Positions 7,243 to 18,028 of a stretch of 64,000 bases of DNA are shown here, in pieces. Origin of the DNA: a virus. Location: the IMG/VR virus record IMGVR_UViG_3300045988_129927; one strand, 5' to 3'. Both the position numbers and the translations under genes were made by a program. The first letter of the stretch is position 1, and every line of letters starts with the position of its first letter. The notes beneath the pieces are model-generated. The model saw only the letters and a program-made list of their open reading frames with translations. It did not search any database and was not told the DNA's origin.

Positions 7243-8796
7243 TTAGTGTTTATTGGATTTACCAATAGATGCATAACCATAACTCAACAAAGCATTAGCT
7301 GTTGATTTAATAACAGTATATAATTCTCGATAAGTACCAATAAAGAATAAAGTTACTTTATTCTCAAATGAGTTGGTATACTTTTTCAAGAACAAACCGT
7401 TAATAAGAGTATGTTCAATACCATGGATACCACCACGTACAAAACCACCCATTTCTTGAACACTATTTCGAGCAATATTATGTTTTGCACCATCAGACGC
7501 GACATGATTAATTAGGTTTGAGAGTGTGTTAATACCTTTACCAACAGACATACCTAAAATACCAGCTGGACCTAATAAGATAAAAACAATCGCTGGAATG
7601 GCTACACTACCTGCCAAAGCTTCCCAGTCATCACTGTTCCAATCAGTATCATCACGTTGATGGTTTTTCAATGCCATGTTCATTTTAACCAATTGCTCAA
7701 TACGTTTTTTCATATTGGTAGTCATTGTGTTAAATTGAGAAGCATTTGGTAAATCATTTAAACAGTTCAAGAAAGTATTTAAACTTTTCAATAACTGTTG
7801 TTTACCAATATAAGGTAATTGTCTATCAGCTGAACTTTTAGTAGCTGCATTACCTGAAATTTCCATGCGTGTTTTATTAGCATCAGCATAAGGGGAGCTA
7901 GGAATCAATGAATCGCTACCTTTAGGCATTGGAACAACCATAGAATTCAAATCAGAAATTTCCCATTCGTAATTATTGAACTTACGATCACCACGAGATA
8001 CTTCTTTAAAAGGACGACCTAATCTAAAGAAGTTTTTTCTTTCCATAGCGTTAGCAGCATTTTTACCATCACTCCAATTCATTGTGTTGAAGAACTGGCA
8101 AGACTTTTGAAGTTCAGAAAAATAATCTTCCATGAACTGGCCATTACCAAATTGGTTCTTAACACCTTCTGCTACATTGGCTACTACTTTATCTAGTGCT
8201 AATTTACCACCAATAGTCAAAGCAGAACCATTCTTAACAACTAGGCTACCAGTACCACTGAATTCGCCGTGTTGTTCAATCTCATTAATCAATGTACTAA
8301 TATCGTCTTTAATACGTTCAATACGATTAAACTCACGACCAAAGAATTCTTTAGTATTACGCCAGAAACGGGCAAAGAAATGGTTGGCTTCTGTGGATAA
8401 ACCAAGGATACGGCCATCTAATTCTTCTAGTGCTAATGTAATGGCATTACGTGAACCATGTAGTGTAGAGAAAGACTCTGTAGAAATATGTACAGGGAAT
8501 TCTTCTTTCAAACCGTTTGTCTGGTATGCTAATGTAACACGTTCAGAAAGAACTTTATTCAATTCACGCATACCTTCAATACCATACTCTGTTTCATTTC
8601 GTTTCATGTTCATGTAAGATACACGAGCAGATTCTAATGAATCAATGGTATTTAACACACGAGACAAATGTTCAATCTGTTCACCTTCGGCACCGGCTGC
8701 TTCTGGATGTACTTCTTCTGGTTCTTCATATTCGCCTTCTACACCAGAGGTTACCATGCTTTTATCTTCTTCCAAAGACAAATCAAATAAACTCAT
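7243..8796 (-). CDS. MSLFD-family protein with acidic N-terminus and one C-terminal transmembrane segment; candidate virion/ejected protein
   Basis: Track ORF with AAAAGGAA SD. N-terminus MSLFDLSLEE. It carries the STESFST motif shared with 2502..4076. The hydrophobic stretch is VAIPAIVFILLGPAGILGMSVG. Confidence 0.85.
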   Translation of the reverse strand: MSLFDLSLEEDKSMVTSGVEGEYEEPEEVHPEAAGAEGEQIEHLSRVLNTIDSLESARVSYMNMKRNETEYGIEGMRELNKVLSERVTLAYQTNGLKEEFPVHISTESFSTLHGSRNAITLALEELDGRILGLSTEANHFFARFWRNTKEFFGREFNRIERIKDDISTLINEIEQHGEFSGTGSLVVKNGSALTIGGKLALDKVVANVAEGVKNQFGNGQFMEDYFSELQKSCQFFNTMNWSDGKNAANAMERKNFFRLGRPFKEVSRGDRKFNNYEWEISDLNSMVVPMPKGSDSLIPSSPYADANKTRMEISGNAATKSSADRQLPYIGKQQLLKSLNTFLNCLNDLPNASQFNTMTTNMKKRIEQLVKMNMALKNHQRDDTDWNSDDWEALAGSVAIPAIVFILLGPAGILGMSVGKGINTLSNLINHVASDGAKHNIARNSVQEMGGFVRGGIHGIEHTLINGLFLKKYTNSFENKVTLFFIGTYRELYTVIKSTANALLSYGYASIGKSNKH

Positions 8797-8864
8797 CTTA
8801 TATTCCTTTTAACTTCATTTCTTAACAACTAGGCGAGTACCTAGCAACATGTAATCGTTTTCCA

Positions 8865-9641
8865 TTACTCTCTACCTTTACTTAATAGTAAATTATAAGG
8901 GCCAGAACCCACGATGGTTCGAGTACCATACAGTACTTTCAACAATTCTACCAAATAACCAATACCACCAAACCCGATACAATGACGAATCAGATTAGCA
9001 GTATTGATTTTATTCGGCTCACCAAATACAACGTCATCAAAGTTACCGTGTAGTTCTGGAACATATTTAATAATAGAACCCAGTTCAAAATGAGTAATTT
9101 GATGTTCAGTGTAGAAATCATCTTGACGACGAGAGTGTTGTTTCAATGTATATCTTGGTTTGTCTTTAGGTTGACGAACAATACCGATTTCTTTTAGTGC
9201 ATCAGCAAATGCCATAAATTCATTATAACCTAATTTTCCAGTAGAAGCATAACCTGATAATAAAGTATACCAGTCACTACTTAGTAGATTATAAGTAAGA
9301 TTATAAACAGTCTCACGGTTTTTCAGTGCTTCTAAAGAACTACCTTTAAACCAGTCTGGATGTCGAGTATAAGTTTGATAAACCATATCGACATCACCAA
9401 TACCATTTAAAAATACAATACCAGGTCCTTTACCATTACAAACAGTATTAGGTTGGTTATAACCATTGTATTTCTTAGTATCTTGCTCAATCTCGTAAAG
9501 AGCGTTATAAACCAAACCATAAGTGGAATGAATATTATCTACTGGGAAACAACGGATATTATCATCTTGATAAGTATCTCTTCTATCTAATGGTTTCTGT
9601 TTACGTGGAATATAAATGATTTTCTTTTCTTGAATATGCAT
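8865..9641 (-). CDS. hypothetical protein (258 aa)
   Basis: Track ORF with AAAGGAA SD 6 nt upstream. No recognisable motif. Confidence 0.8.
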   Translation of the reverse strand: MHIQEKKIIYIPRKQKPLDRRDTYQDDNIRCFPVDNIHSTYGLVYNALYEIEQDTKKYNGYNQPNTVCNGKGPGIVFLNGIGDVDMVYQTYTRHPDWFKGSSLEALKNRETVYNLTYNLLSSDWYTLLSGYASTGKLGYNEFMAFADALKEIGIVRQPKDKPRYTLKQHSRRQDDFYTEHQITHFELGSIIKYVPELHGNFDDVVFGEPNKINTANLIRHCIGFGGIGYLVELLKVLYGTRTIVGSGPYNLLLSKGRE

Positions 9642-9655
9642 TTGTTATTCCTTTC

Positions 9656-10570
9656 TTAGTACTTGGTATTTCGTGCTTTTTCTTCGTATTTAGAAATTTG
9701 ATACTCTAACTTCTGCATACGCTCAATAGCCAAGTCACGTTGGCGTTCAGTATAAGCATCTACTTGACCATTAGCCAATTGGCTATTCATGGCTTCTAAT
9801 TCAATCTTAATAGATTCTACTTCTTCTTTAGCCAGTTTATATTTGTTATGCTGATAATCAACAATGGCCATACCAATATAATAGAATGGATTAGTAGAAG
9901 CAGATAAGAAGTTATTCAAAGTACCAGATGGGTCTAACTTATGTTGTTTAAACATTTTTGTTTCAGCACCATCTTCGCTGATGACGACATCAGGAATCTC
10001 TTTTAACATCTTCTCAATTTCACCAATATTGATACTGGCTAGAGAAATCAGTGCTTTGTAGAATTCTACAGTGTTTTCTTTAATGTAGTTGATTTGACCA
10101 CGTGAGATGACTTTTTCAGCTTTTAAACCACCTGCTAATTCATTTTGTTTAACGATGACATAGCGGCAGTGTTTAGGAATGAACTCACCGACAAAATCAA
10201 TAGTCTTACCTAAAGCCATGATTTGTCCACGAGCATAAGTCATGGAGTCTTTATCTACAGTTTTAGTAAAGTATTTTGTTACTAAACCAATCAACTCATC
10301 CAAGTGTTTATCACAGTTATTCAGGATTAAACCATAGGCTTGAAACAAATCTAACTTAGCCGTACCACGTGGGTAGTTACGATGAATCGCTGCTAATGTA
10401 GATTTATATTCCATGTTTTTACTGAAGTCTACATTTTGAGTATCTTGGATACAGCTTTGTACCACTTCAAGAGCACCATCACGAATACGATTACGTGTAT
10501 CGATTAGCGTATCTGAAATATCATCAGATTTAAAGGTATTCATTAAACTACTTAAAATATTACCAAACAT
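9656..10570 (-). CDS. hypothetical protein (304 aa), C-terminal coiled-coil
   Basis: Track ORF with AAAAGGA SD. It is tightly packed with its neighbours (14-nt spacers). Confidence 0.8.
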   Translation of the reverse strand: MFGNILSSLMNTFKSDDISDTLIDTRNRIRDGALEVVQSCIQDTQNVDFSKNMEYKSTLAAIHRNYPRGTAKLDLFQAYGLILNNCDKHLDELIGLVTKYFTKTVDKDSMTYARGQIMALGKTIDFVGEFIPKHCRYVIVKQNELAGGLKAEKVISRGQINYIKENTVEFYKALISLASINIGEIEKMLKEIPDVVISEDGAETKMFKQHKLDPSGTLNNFLSASTNPFYYIGMAIVDYQHNKYKLAKEEVESIKIELEAMNSQLANGQVDAYTERQRDLAIERMQKLEYQISKYEEKARNTKY

Positions 10571-10584
10571 GTTAAATATCCTTT

Positions 10585-11838
10585 TTAAATAATAGGTGCA
10601 GAACCTTGAGAGAGCATTTTGAATACATCCATGTCAAATGAATCAGACTTAGTTTTCTTCTCAAGATAGTTCATAGAAATTTCAGATACATCGTCAATAC
10701 CGTGATTGTAAATGAAAATACGTTGGTAGTCTTGGTTATAGACAATCAGAGTCATGATACCTGATTCTTCGAAGAATTTATCACGAGCACGTTTGTTATC
10801 CAGTTTAGCACCAATAGTCGCTTGAATACGTGTGCGTGTCGCATCGGAAATAATCCAAGTATTCGCAACAGTACCTACAGAGAACTCACCTGTTAACATG
10901 GCAGCAGTTTTATTATTCACATTACGATTATGTGTTTTCTCGTAATAACCAGTGGTATCCTCTACTAGGTTACGACGGTGTGCTTCAACCAGGTCACGAC
11001 AAACAAATAAGTCAAAAGCAGAGTTAATGGTACCGCGATCAAAGTAAGCAATTAAGCGCTCACGCATGGATTTAGGTTTCTTAGTAATACCAGCAATCTC
11101 AACCAACATGTTAGAACGAATAGATTTCAATTCTGGTTTTAACAAGATGTTTACTTTGGCTTTAGCTTGCTCACGAGATACATCTACGGTGAGAATACGA
11201 CCAGCCGCTAGGTTAGCCAGTTTATTAATCTCATCAGTTACATCGTTGTTAGCGGAAGTAACTGCAGTTTCACGATAGTTAAATACATCTTCTGCAATAT
11301 CTTCTGCTTCGGCTTCTGGATTTACAGTGTAGTAAGTAGCTTCGGTAGATACCTCTAATTTAGCTAAGTATTTACTAGGTAAGTCTGGGATTCTGGCTGG
11401 TACACTAATTTTATTACTTAATGTAGATAATGTAGTGTTACCACTTACGATGACCGGTTTATATGAAGATGTGGAGACAGTAGCTACTGTTTGACCCATT
11501 AAACGAATAGCCTCACCTGTCGCATCGCGTGTAGGTGAGTATTTACCCAATGCTTTACCAATACTTACGCCATTGATAGTATTATCAATGGACAAAGCAA
11601 CAATATAATAACCGGCATAGTTTGCTAAACCTGTCTGAATTAATGTAGACATATTCGAGTCATTAAGTAACTCTGTCTCAATAGCAAACGTAGGTCGTAA
11701 TTGTAATTCTGTGGTGTATTGTGATAATGATTTTGAAGTAACACTGTTATAGTCAGATGCAATCATTTTAGCAGCATTAGCTTTAAGCTGGTTACCGATT
11801 GCGCCAACTGCAGTCATACCCATATTTGCAATATCCAT
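10585..11838 (-). CDS. hypothetical protein (417 aa), probable virion structural protein
   Basis: The track ORF extends to 12093, but the ATG at 11838 (MDIANMGMTAV...) has AAAGGA 8 nt upstream. The longer version would overlap the divergent gene 11876..13054. Confidence 0.75.
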   Translation of the reverse strand: MDIANMGMTAVGAIGNQLKANAAKMIASDYNSVTSKSLSQYTTELQLRPTFAIETELLNDSNMSTLIQTGLANYAGYYIVALSIDNTINGVSIGKALGKYSPTRDATGEAIRLMGQTVATVSTSSYKPVIVSGNTTLSTLSNKISVPARIPDLPSKYLAKLEVSTEATYYTVNPEAEAEDIAEDVFNYRETAVTSANNDVTDEINKLANLAAGRILTVDVSREQAKAKVNILLKPELKSIRSNMLVEIAGITKKPKSMRERLIAYFDRGTINSAFDLFVCRDLVEAHRRNLVEDTTGYYEKTHNRNVNNKTAAMLTGEFSVGTVANTWIISDATRTRIQATIGAKLDNKRARDKFFEESGIMTLIVYNQDYQRIFIYNHGIDDVSEISMNYLEKKTKSDSFDMDVFKMLSQGSAPII

Positions 11839-11875
11839 AACGAATTCCTTTTTAGATAGAAAGGTTAAAAATAAA

Positions 11876-13054
11876 ATGTCAGATTCTGTACATAGTGTCG
11901 AAAAGTTCTTAGAGCAAGAACTACGCGAGGGTAGGCTAACAGGACTTTCCGAAAAATTTCTTACCAATACCGTTGATTTTATAGACCATCTTGTAAAAAT
12001 GAAACATGGTTTTAGTGTGTCAAGTGCAATGGCAGATACCTTTAAAGGTCCTAATATTCTTGCTAACACACCCATGATTAAACCAAATACCAATCAACCA
12101 GGTTATATCTTTACTACTCGACCAGATTTAAACTTATCTTCTGCCAATATTAAAATTGAAAGAAAGATGATGCCATTATTAACAGAGAATAAGAATTCTT
12201 TGATGCACGCTATACGAATGATTTTATCACCTCGTTTAGCAAAAAGAATGGAACAAATAGAATATGGTGGTTCATTAGGTAAAAGTGATTTACCACGACA
12301 TCCTAATTCTAATCTGGTTGACCCGAATTACCCTTTTATTGCTGTTTCTGATAACTTAGTAAAATCATTAACAGGATGGCCTTCTAGTGGTCTAGGTATT
12401 CACAGTACACCTGCCGGTGTTCTAAAAGAAGTACACATCATGGCAGATGGGCCTAGTACCTATAATACAGAATATAGTTTAAACTTAAGTTTACATGCCA
12501 TGAAAGGCAGTGCTACTTTATATCTGTATTACTATTGGATTCAATATATTGGTTTTGTCTTATATCAAACATATGGCATGATGCCATGGCCTGAATATTT
12601 AGGTAACGGCAGAATGGACTACACTTGTAGAATCTATCGCCTCATAATGGATGAGACCCGAACGTTCGTAGAAGAAATGGCTGCTACAGGATACGCAATT
12701 CCAAGAAGTGTAGACATTGGCCCTTACTTCGATTATTCTAATCCAAGTGAGAATCCTAGACCTTATGTTGATAGGTCTGTAGATGTTGAATTTGCTTGTT
12801 CTGGTGCGATTTATTTGGATGAGATTTTAATTAAGCAATTTAATAATACTGTGATATTGTTTAATCCAAATATGGCAAATGGATTACGTGAAAGATTCTA
12901 CGTTAAAGTATCTAAGAAATACCAGCCAATATTTAATAACTATTGTTATCCTAGAATTAATCCTATTTCACGTGAACTAGAATGGTGGACAACTAAGGAT
13001 ATGGTTAAAGCTAAGAAAGATGTTATTCTGTTAAGTAATATTGGTCCTTATTAA
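11876..13054 (+). CDS. hypothetical protein (392 aa), probable virion structural protein
   Basis: Track ORF preceded by TTTTAGATAGAAAGGTTAAAAATAAA-ATG. The same block precedes the small ORF at 17818. Confidence 0.8.
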   Translation: MSDSVHSVEKFLEQELREGRLTGLSEKFLTNTVDFIDHLVKMKHGFSVSSAMADTFKGPNILANTPMIKPNTNQPGYIFTTRPDLNLSSANIKIERKMMPLLTENKNSLMHAIRMILSPRLAKRMEQIEYGGSLGKSDLPRHPNSNLVDPNYPFIAVSDNLVKSLTGWPSSGLGIHSTPAGVLKEVHIMADGPSTYNTEYSLNLSLHAMKGSATLYLYYYWIQYIGFVLYQTYGMMPWPEYLGNGRMDYTCRIYRLIMDETRTFVEEMAATGYAIPRSVDIGPYFDYSNPSENPRPYVDRSVDVEFACSGAIYLDEILIKQFNNTVILFNPNMANGLRERFYVKVSKKYQPIFNNYCYPRINPISRELEWWTTKDMVKAKKDVILLSNIGPY

Positions 13055-13073
13055 TTATTAGAGGAATTAAAAA

Positions 13074-16000
13074 ATGACTGAAGCTATACATGCCGATTTA
13101 ATTTCGGATATTGTAGAAAATGTATCTAGCTATTCTGCTTCTCCAGCACGATTACAACGAGACGCATTAAAGACAATTCAAAAAGTATTAGACAATGAAC
13201 TCGGTATTATCTCAGCAGAAAACCCTGTTGCTTTATGTCTTGAAATGTCTGCCATGCAAACAGCAGGTGCGGTAAATAAAGCATGGTTATTGAATCGTAG
13301 ACAATATCCAGTATCTGCTCAAACCCACGAAGACTTATATTACCACTTAAGTGATTTAGACTGGGTAGGTGTATTTGGTTTACCTGCTAAAGCTAAGTTT
13401 GCTGTTTCGTTTGACTATGGTGAAATCCTACAAGTATTAAAACCTTTACCAGATGGTAGTGGTAACCTATTACGTATTCCACGTGGTATGCGTATCACTG
13501 TAGGTGAAGTTGACTTTATGTTAGACTACCCTGTTAATATTTTACAATTAAAACATGGTGGTTTTAGGGTAACTTACGATACTACTGAAAAATCGCCTAT
13601 TCAAACTCTGTCTAGTAATATTGCTTATCACGAAGTATCTCAAGCAATGGCAGGTGCAAAACGACTCTCTATTGTATTAGAGATGATTCAAGTACGTGAG
13701 ATTACTGTAGAAGACAATATCACGGCTAACATGAATATTACTCTATCTAAAACATTTGATGATTTCTACCACTATGCTCGAGTGTTCCATGGGGATGGTG
13801 TTTCCAAATGGAAAGAAATGGCTACCACTCATTGTCCTGATATTTACGATTTATATAAACCTACTGCTGTATTAAAATTAGTAGAGAATACAGAAGACTT
13901 TACACTCTCTATGTCTATTCCTAAAGTATATAACCAATCGACTAATCCGGCAGCAAGTCCTGTGGTCTCTGGTTCATTAGGTGGTCGTGTTAAATTAAAT
14001 ATCTATACTACTTTAGGTAAGATAGACATGAATTTAGATGCGTATACACTAGACCAATATAGTTACGACTTCTTCCCTCAAGGTTCTAAGAATCGTGACT
14101 ACAGTGAGTTAGATGAATTCAGTAGTGCGCTCACTTCTTTACATAGCGTAATCATCTTCAGTAGGGACTATGTTAACCAAGGTCGTGACCCATTGACATT
14201 TGAGGAATTACGTAGCCGTGTAATTAATAATACAGTAGGACCTAATGAAGTTCCTGTTAGTCATGTGGCGTTAACCGACCACTCTTTAGATAGTAGCTTT
14301 AAGATTATTAAATCTGTAGACTATGTTACTAACCGTGCTTATTGGGCAGTACGTGGTATGCCAAAACCAGAGAACTCTGATTTGATTACACCTGCCGCTG
14401 CTTCTATTGAAACACTGACGACGACTATTTCTGGTCTAGTAGGTACAGGTACTGTAAAAGACAATGAGAAACGTGTAACGATTATGCCTAACTCTATCTA
14501 TACCATGTACAATGGTAGGATGTCCATGTTAGACCATACTGAAATCAAACGTATCTTAGACTTGAGTGCTGAAAATAGAGCTAAGGAAGTCAACAGTAAA
14601 GAGATGTTCTACTCGCCATTTCACTATGTTGTCGATAATGAAGACGATACAGTGAAGTTACGTGCTTACTACTTAGATTCACCTAAAGCCATTACTAAAT
14701 ACTATAATGAAAGCAATAATAAGATTCCTATCTCATTGACTGTTTCTGATAAGTATAGTATTCGTCGTTCTGAAAATGGTTATATCATTCGTGTAGAGAT
14801 GAAGTCTAATTCTGACTATAAGAATTTACCTGATGATAGACTCTGGGCACAGTTGTTGGTTAAACCTTACCAAGATAAAAATGATGTTTATCTAAATGGT
14901 AGGTTAGTAGGTAAGAACAGTGATGAAGAACCTATTTTCGAATTTGAATTAGTGACTAATTTCGATTTAGATGACAACCATTGTTTAATTGTTAATAACT
15001 TGTCTTTAAAAGGTTCTAGTGATTTAGATATTCCTATTGAATTAGATAATAATTTTGAATTGTTATTTGGTTTTTATGGTAATGTAAATGGTTGGAGTCG
15101 CGTTACTTTAGATGATAAAGTAGGTATCCATTTATTGGAGAATGACGCTAAGGTTATCTTGAGTGAAAGTATTCGTATTCGTTTAGGACATCATCTAAAA
15201 TGGTTATGGTCTCGTGCCAGAACCTATGCTGATGAGGTTATCTATAAACGTTATACTGAAAACGTACCTATGTTATACGAAGAAGATGTATATGCTAAAG
15301 ACGCTGTGACTGGTTCTATTATTAACATTGTAGATGGTAAAGTTAAATACAACCTAGTACACCGTAAGGGTGAACAAATGACGGATAACGATGGTCAGTT
15401 GGTTTGGAAACATCGTCAAGGCGATATCATGTTGGACAATAATGGTCAACCTATTATTGATAGGCCTCGTGATATTATTCGTCGTTTAGAACTGATGGTG
15501 GTTGATGCTACTTACTGGTTTGCTACTGACGATATTGCAACAGAATATCGTAATGAATTAGTAGACTTGTTTATTGATTGGATTGTTTCTGACTTAACAC
15601 CGATTAATGAGAAAACACTGGAACAAACTGGTATCTACTATTATCCTTCAGCGACTATGGGTCAGTTAAAAGTAATGTATAACGAAGGTATTGAGACTTA
15701 TATCAATGCTGCACAATCGTTACAAATTAACTTAACTGTATCTCGTCAAGTATACAATAACATCGATGTGATTAATAAGATTAAAGAAGCTACTATTCGT
15801 GTACTGAATGAAGAAATCAGTAAAGAAACAGTTTCTGTTTCTACTATTGTTTCTAAGTTAGTAAAAGAACACGGCGATGATGTTATTGGTTTAACATTAG
15901 GTAACTTAGGTGGTAGTGACCGTATTATTTCATTTACTGTATTGGATGAAGGTAAGCGTGCTACTATTCGTAAGAAACTGACTATTCAATCAGATGAAAC

Positions 16001-16076
16001 ATTGTCTGTTGATGAAGACGTTACTTTCAACTTCAAAGTACATAGCAGCGAAGAAGAAAGAATTAAATCTCTATAA
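13074..16076 (+). CDS. large hypothetical protein (1000 aa), probable virion structural protein
   Basis: Track ORF with GAGGA SD. It is a single uninterrupted 3-kb frame inside the block that lacks early-promoter motifs. Confidence 0.85.
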   Translation: MTEAIHADLISDIVENVSSYSASPARLQRDALKTIQKVLDNELGIISAENPVALCLEMSAMQTAGAVNKAWLLNRRQYPVSAQTHEDLYYHLSDLDWVGVFGLPAKAKFAVSFDYGEILQVLKPLPDGSGNLLRIPRGMRITVGEVDFMLDYPVNILQLKHGGFRVTYDTTEKSPIQTLSSNIAYHEVSQAMAGAKRLSIVLEMIQVREITVEDNITANMNITLSKTFDDFYHYARVFHGDGVSKWKEMATTHCPDIYDLYKPTAVLKLVENTEDFTLSMSIPKVYNQSTNPAASPVVSGSLGGRVKLNIYTTLGKIDMNLDAYTLDQYSYDFFPQGSKNRDYSELDEFSSALTSLHSVIIFSRDYVNQGRDPLTFEELRSRVINNTVGPNEVPVSHVALTDHSLDSSFKIIKSVDYVTNRAYWAVRGMPKPENSDLITPAAASIETLTTTISGLVGTGTVKDNEKRVTIMPNSIYTMYNGRMSMLDHTEIKRILDLSAENRAKEVNSKEMFYSPFHYVVDNEDDTVKLRAYYLDSPKAITKYYNESNNKIPISLTVSDKYSIRRSENGYIIRVEMKSNSDYKNLPDDRLWAQLLVKPYQDKNDVYLNGRLVGKNSDEEPIFEFELVTNFDLDDNHCLIVNNLSLKGSSDLDIPIELDNNFELLFGFYGNVNGWSRVTLDDKVGIHLLENDAKVILSESIRIRLGHHLKWLWSRARTYADEVIYKRYTENVPMLYEEDVYAKDAVTGSIINIVDGKVKYNLVHRKGEQMTDNDGQLVWKHRQGDIMLDNNGQPIIDRPRDIIRRLELMVVDATYWFATDDIATEYRNELVDLFIDWIVSDLTPINEKTLEQTGIYYYPSATMGQLKVMYNEGIETYINAAQSLQINLTVSRQVYNNIDVINKIKEATIRVLNEEISKETVSVSTIVSKLVKEHGDDVIGLTLGNLGGSDRIISFTVLDEGKRATIRKKLTIQSDETLSVDEDVTFNFKVHSSEEERIKSL

Positions 16077-16081
16077 GAAAT

Positions 16082-16117
16082 ATTACTCTACTACCCTTAA
16101 TTGGGTAGTAGAGTAAT
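16082..16117. terminator. bidirectional hairpin terminator
   Basis: 15-bp stem ATTACTCTACTACCC/GGGTAGTAGAGTAAT with loop TTAATT, between convergent 13074..16076 and 16123..17748. Confidence 0.65.
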
Positions 16118-16122
16118 TATCT

Positions 16123-17748
16123 TTATGCTCTAAATTCTTCAGCTACTGTTTTACATTGTAAACCAAATTGGCGTACTAAGTTATTAATTTCTTCAGAGTA
16201 CGTTTCATTTGGTTCTGATTCGCTGTATTGACCTAAGAAGTCTAATACCAAAGCCATAGCATCTTTACAACTATTGTAGAATGTAATCAGTTGATTATAA
16301 GCAATAGTTTTAGTTAAGAATGAATAGCTAATATGTCGAATCACTTCTTTAGTTAAGTTATTCAGAACAGACAATGCTGCATAAGTATCATCATCTTGTC
16401 CTTTAACCATATTGTCTTTAATGGATTTAGTTAAGATGTTGTTATACCAATCTAAATAAAGTTTAGTACTACTTACTTCACTAATTAACAAACTAGAAGC
16501 ACCAACGATGGTGTGTTCTAATCTATTGAAATTAGAATTTAAGACTTGTAAACATTGTTTACCAAATAAACTTTTACCATCAGTATCTTTTACGATTGGT
16601 TTGAGTACTTCATCAATAGACTTACGATTCCAGTATTGATTAAATAACAATTTATTTACTGCATTAACGGTAATACCCATTTGTTTTTTCATGAGTGTAT
16701 TGGATTCAGAATTTCTTGTTTCTACCCAATCTGCAATACTATTATACAAATCACTTAATGCATTACCGCATTCGTCTAATTTTTCATTAAAGCATGGTTC
16801 GAAGATATCACCATTTAAATAGATAACATCCAATAGGTTGCTAATGCGGTCACTATTTACCATATAAGCCAAATAGGTGAATGGTGAATTAATGGTTTTA
16901 AAATTAGACTCAATAAATTGTTCTAGTGTTACTTTATTGACTTTAGGATTATCGTATTCATTGAATAAGAATGAATAACCCGCTATTTCTGGGTCTTGTC
17001 TGGTATACTCAGCTACACAATCGTGTCTTCTCTCTACTGCTTCTAATACGTCTTTATCGTAAATAGCGAGATTAATATCTTCACGAGCTTGTCGTTTCTC
17101 TTCTACTAATTGTGTGTAAATTTTATCTAGGATAGAACGAACAGAAGTTAGACGAAGTGATAGGCTTTCACCTTTACCGTATACTTTGCCTAATTTATCA
17201 TTAATAACCATAATCGCTTGAGGCTCTAAACTATCGCTTTCCATGGCTCTGTTATCACCATAGGTTAATAAACGCATGGCTGTGTTATAGTAATCCTTAG
17301 CTAATTTTTCATTAATGGCACATTCATTTGTACAGATTTGTTCTTGAATGGTTTCTTCAGTTTCAGTCAACAAATGATGGGAAGGTGTAGAAGTATATTC
17401 ACTCTCTCCTTCTAGTGGAATATCGGGTTGAATCTCAACCAATGTAGAACGGTCTTCACGAGAGATACAACCTTTATCTTTAATAAAGGCTAACATATTT
17501 TGTAAAGATTCGTTAGAAGATTCTATTTTAGCTACTTCATCTTCAGTATGTTCTACTTCTTTTAATTGTTCTACAGTATTGTTAATTGCTTCTGTAGGAG
17601 CATTTAGAATCTCTTCAATAGAAGTATTACTTTGATTAGTAGTAGGTTCAGTATCAGAAGATTGACCTGATGGTTCACTACTTTCTTTGTGTTGTTCAAC
17701 TGGGGTGGTGGTATCTACATCATCCCAAGAATACTTATTAATAGACAT
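16123..17748 (-). CDS. hypothetical protein (541 aa) with acidic, S/T/E-rich N-terminal ~90 aa
   Basis: Track ORF with AAAAGGAAAC SD. The N-terminus MSINKYSWDD... is followed by several S-x-E/A-x-E triplets. Confidence 0.85.
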   Translation of the reverse strand: MSINKYSWDDVDTTTPVEQHKESSEPSGQSSDTEPTTNQSNTSIEEILNAPTEAINNTVEQLKEVEHTEDEVAKIESSNESLQNMLAFIKDKGCISREDRSTLVEIQPDIPLEGESEYTSTPSHHLLTETEETIQEQICTNECAINEKLAKDYYNTAMRLLTYGDNRAMESDSLEPQAIMVINDKLGKVYGKGESLSLRLTSVRSILDKIYTQLVEEKRQAREDINLAIYDKDVLEAVERRHDCVAEYTRQDPEIAGYSFLFNEYDNPKVNKVTLEQFIESNFKTINSPFTYLAYMVNSDRISNLLDVIYLNGDIFEPCFNEKLDECGNALSDLYNSIADWVETRNSESNTLMKKQMGITVNAVNKLLFNQYWNRKSIDEVLKPIVKDTDGKSLFGKQCLQVLNSNFNRLEHTIVGASSLLISEVSSTKLYLDWYNNILTKSIKDNMVKGQDDDTYAALSVLNNLTKEVIRHISYSFLTKTIAYNQLITFYNSCKDAMALVLDFLGQYSESEPNETYSEEINNLVRQFGLQCKTVAEEFRA

Positions 17749-17817
17749 AACAGTTTCCTTTTTATTTCTATGAAAATGGTTTTACACTCATAGGTTTTAG
17801 ATAGAAAGGTTAATAAA

Positions 17818-17970
17818 ATGAATTTATTTGAAAATACAACCGAAGATGATTTTAAAACAGGTCCTCATTTTATTCCTAAACATAATGGTTTAAGTGAAGA
17901 AGAGCAGGCAAAGTTGGAAGAACTTCGTAAAAATTATATTGCTAGAAAATTAGCAGAAGCGAAAAAATAA
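17818..17970 (+). CDS. small acidic protein (50 aa), MNLFENTTEDDF...
   Basis: Not in the track (below cut-off). The ATG is preceded by TTTTAGATAGAAAGGTTAATAAA, nearly identical to the block upstream of 11876. A convergent hairpin follows the stop. Confidence 0.5.
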   Translation: MNLFENTTEDDFKTGPHFIPKHNGLSEEEQAKLEELRKNYIARKLAEAKK

Positions 17971-17983
17971 AATTATTTACTAT

Positions 17984-18019
17984 AATTAGATACTCCTACA
18001 AGAGTAGGAGTATCTAATT
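17984..18019. terminator. bidirectional hairpin terminator
   Basis: 16-bp stem AATTAGATACTCCTAC/GTAGGAGTATCTAATT with loop AAGA, between 17818..17970 and 18029..18517. Confidence 0.65.
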
Positions 18020-18028
18020 TATTTAACG

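Noticed and set aside
8132-8825. Plus-strand ORFs 8132..8617 and 8637..8825 inside 7243..8796. The many short internal ORFs in the RNAP genes (25954..26723, 27892..30058), 30914..31932, 32788..33748, 35691..36323, 39758..40168, 40410..40727, 51502..51911, 53003..53380, 58114..59424, 60505..60690 and 62073..63695 are similar.
   Set aside because: Each is fully nested in a longer ORF that has an SD, recognisable motifs or clean operon packing. None has its own translation signal.
8905-8925. tRNA T-arm-like string GGTTCGAGT.
   Set aside because: It lies inside the coding frame of 8865..9641. Only a 4-bp stem is possible, and no acceptor, D or anticodon arms surround it. No convincing tRNA was found anywhere in the window by eye.
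11839-12093. N-terminal 85-aa extension of the track ORF 10585..12093.
   Set aside because: It would overlap the divergent gene 11876..13054. The internal ATG at 11838 has a proper AAAGGA SD, and the extension has none.
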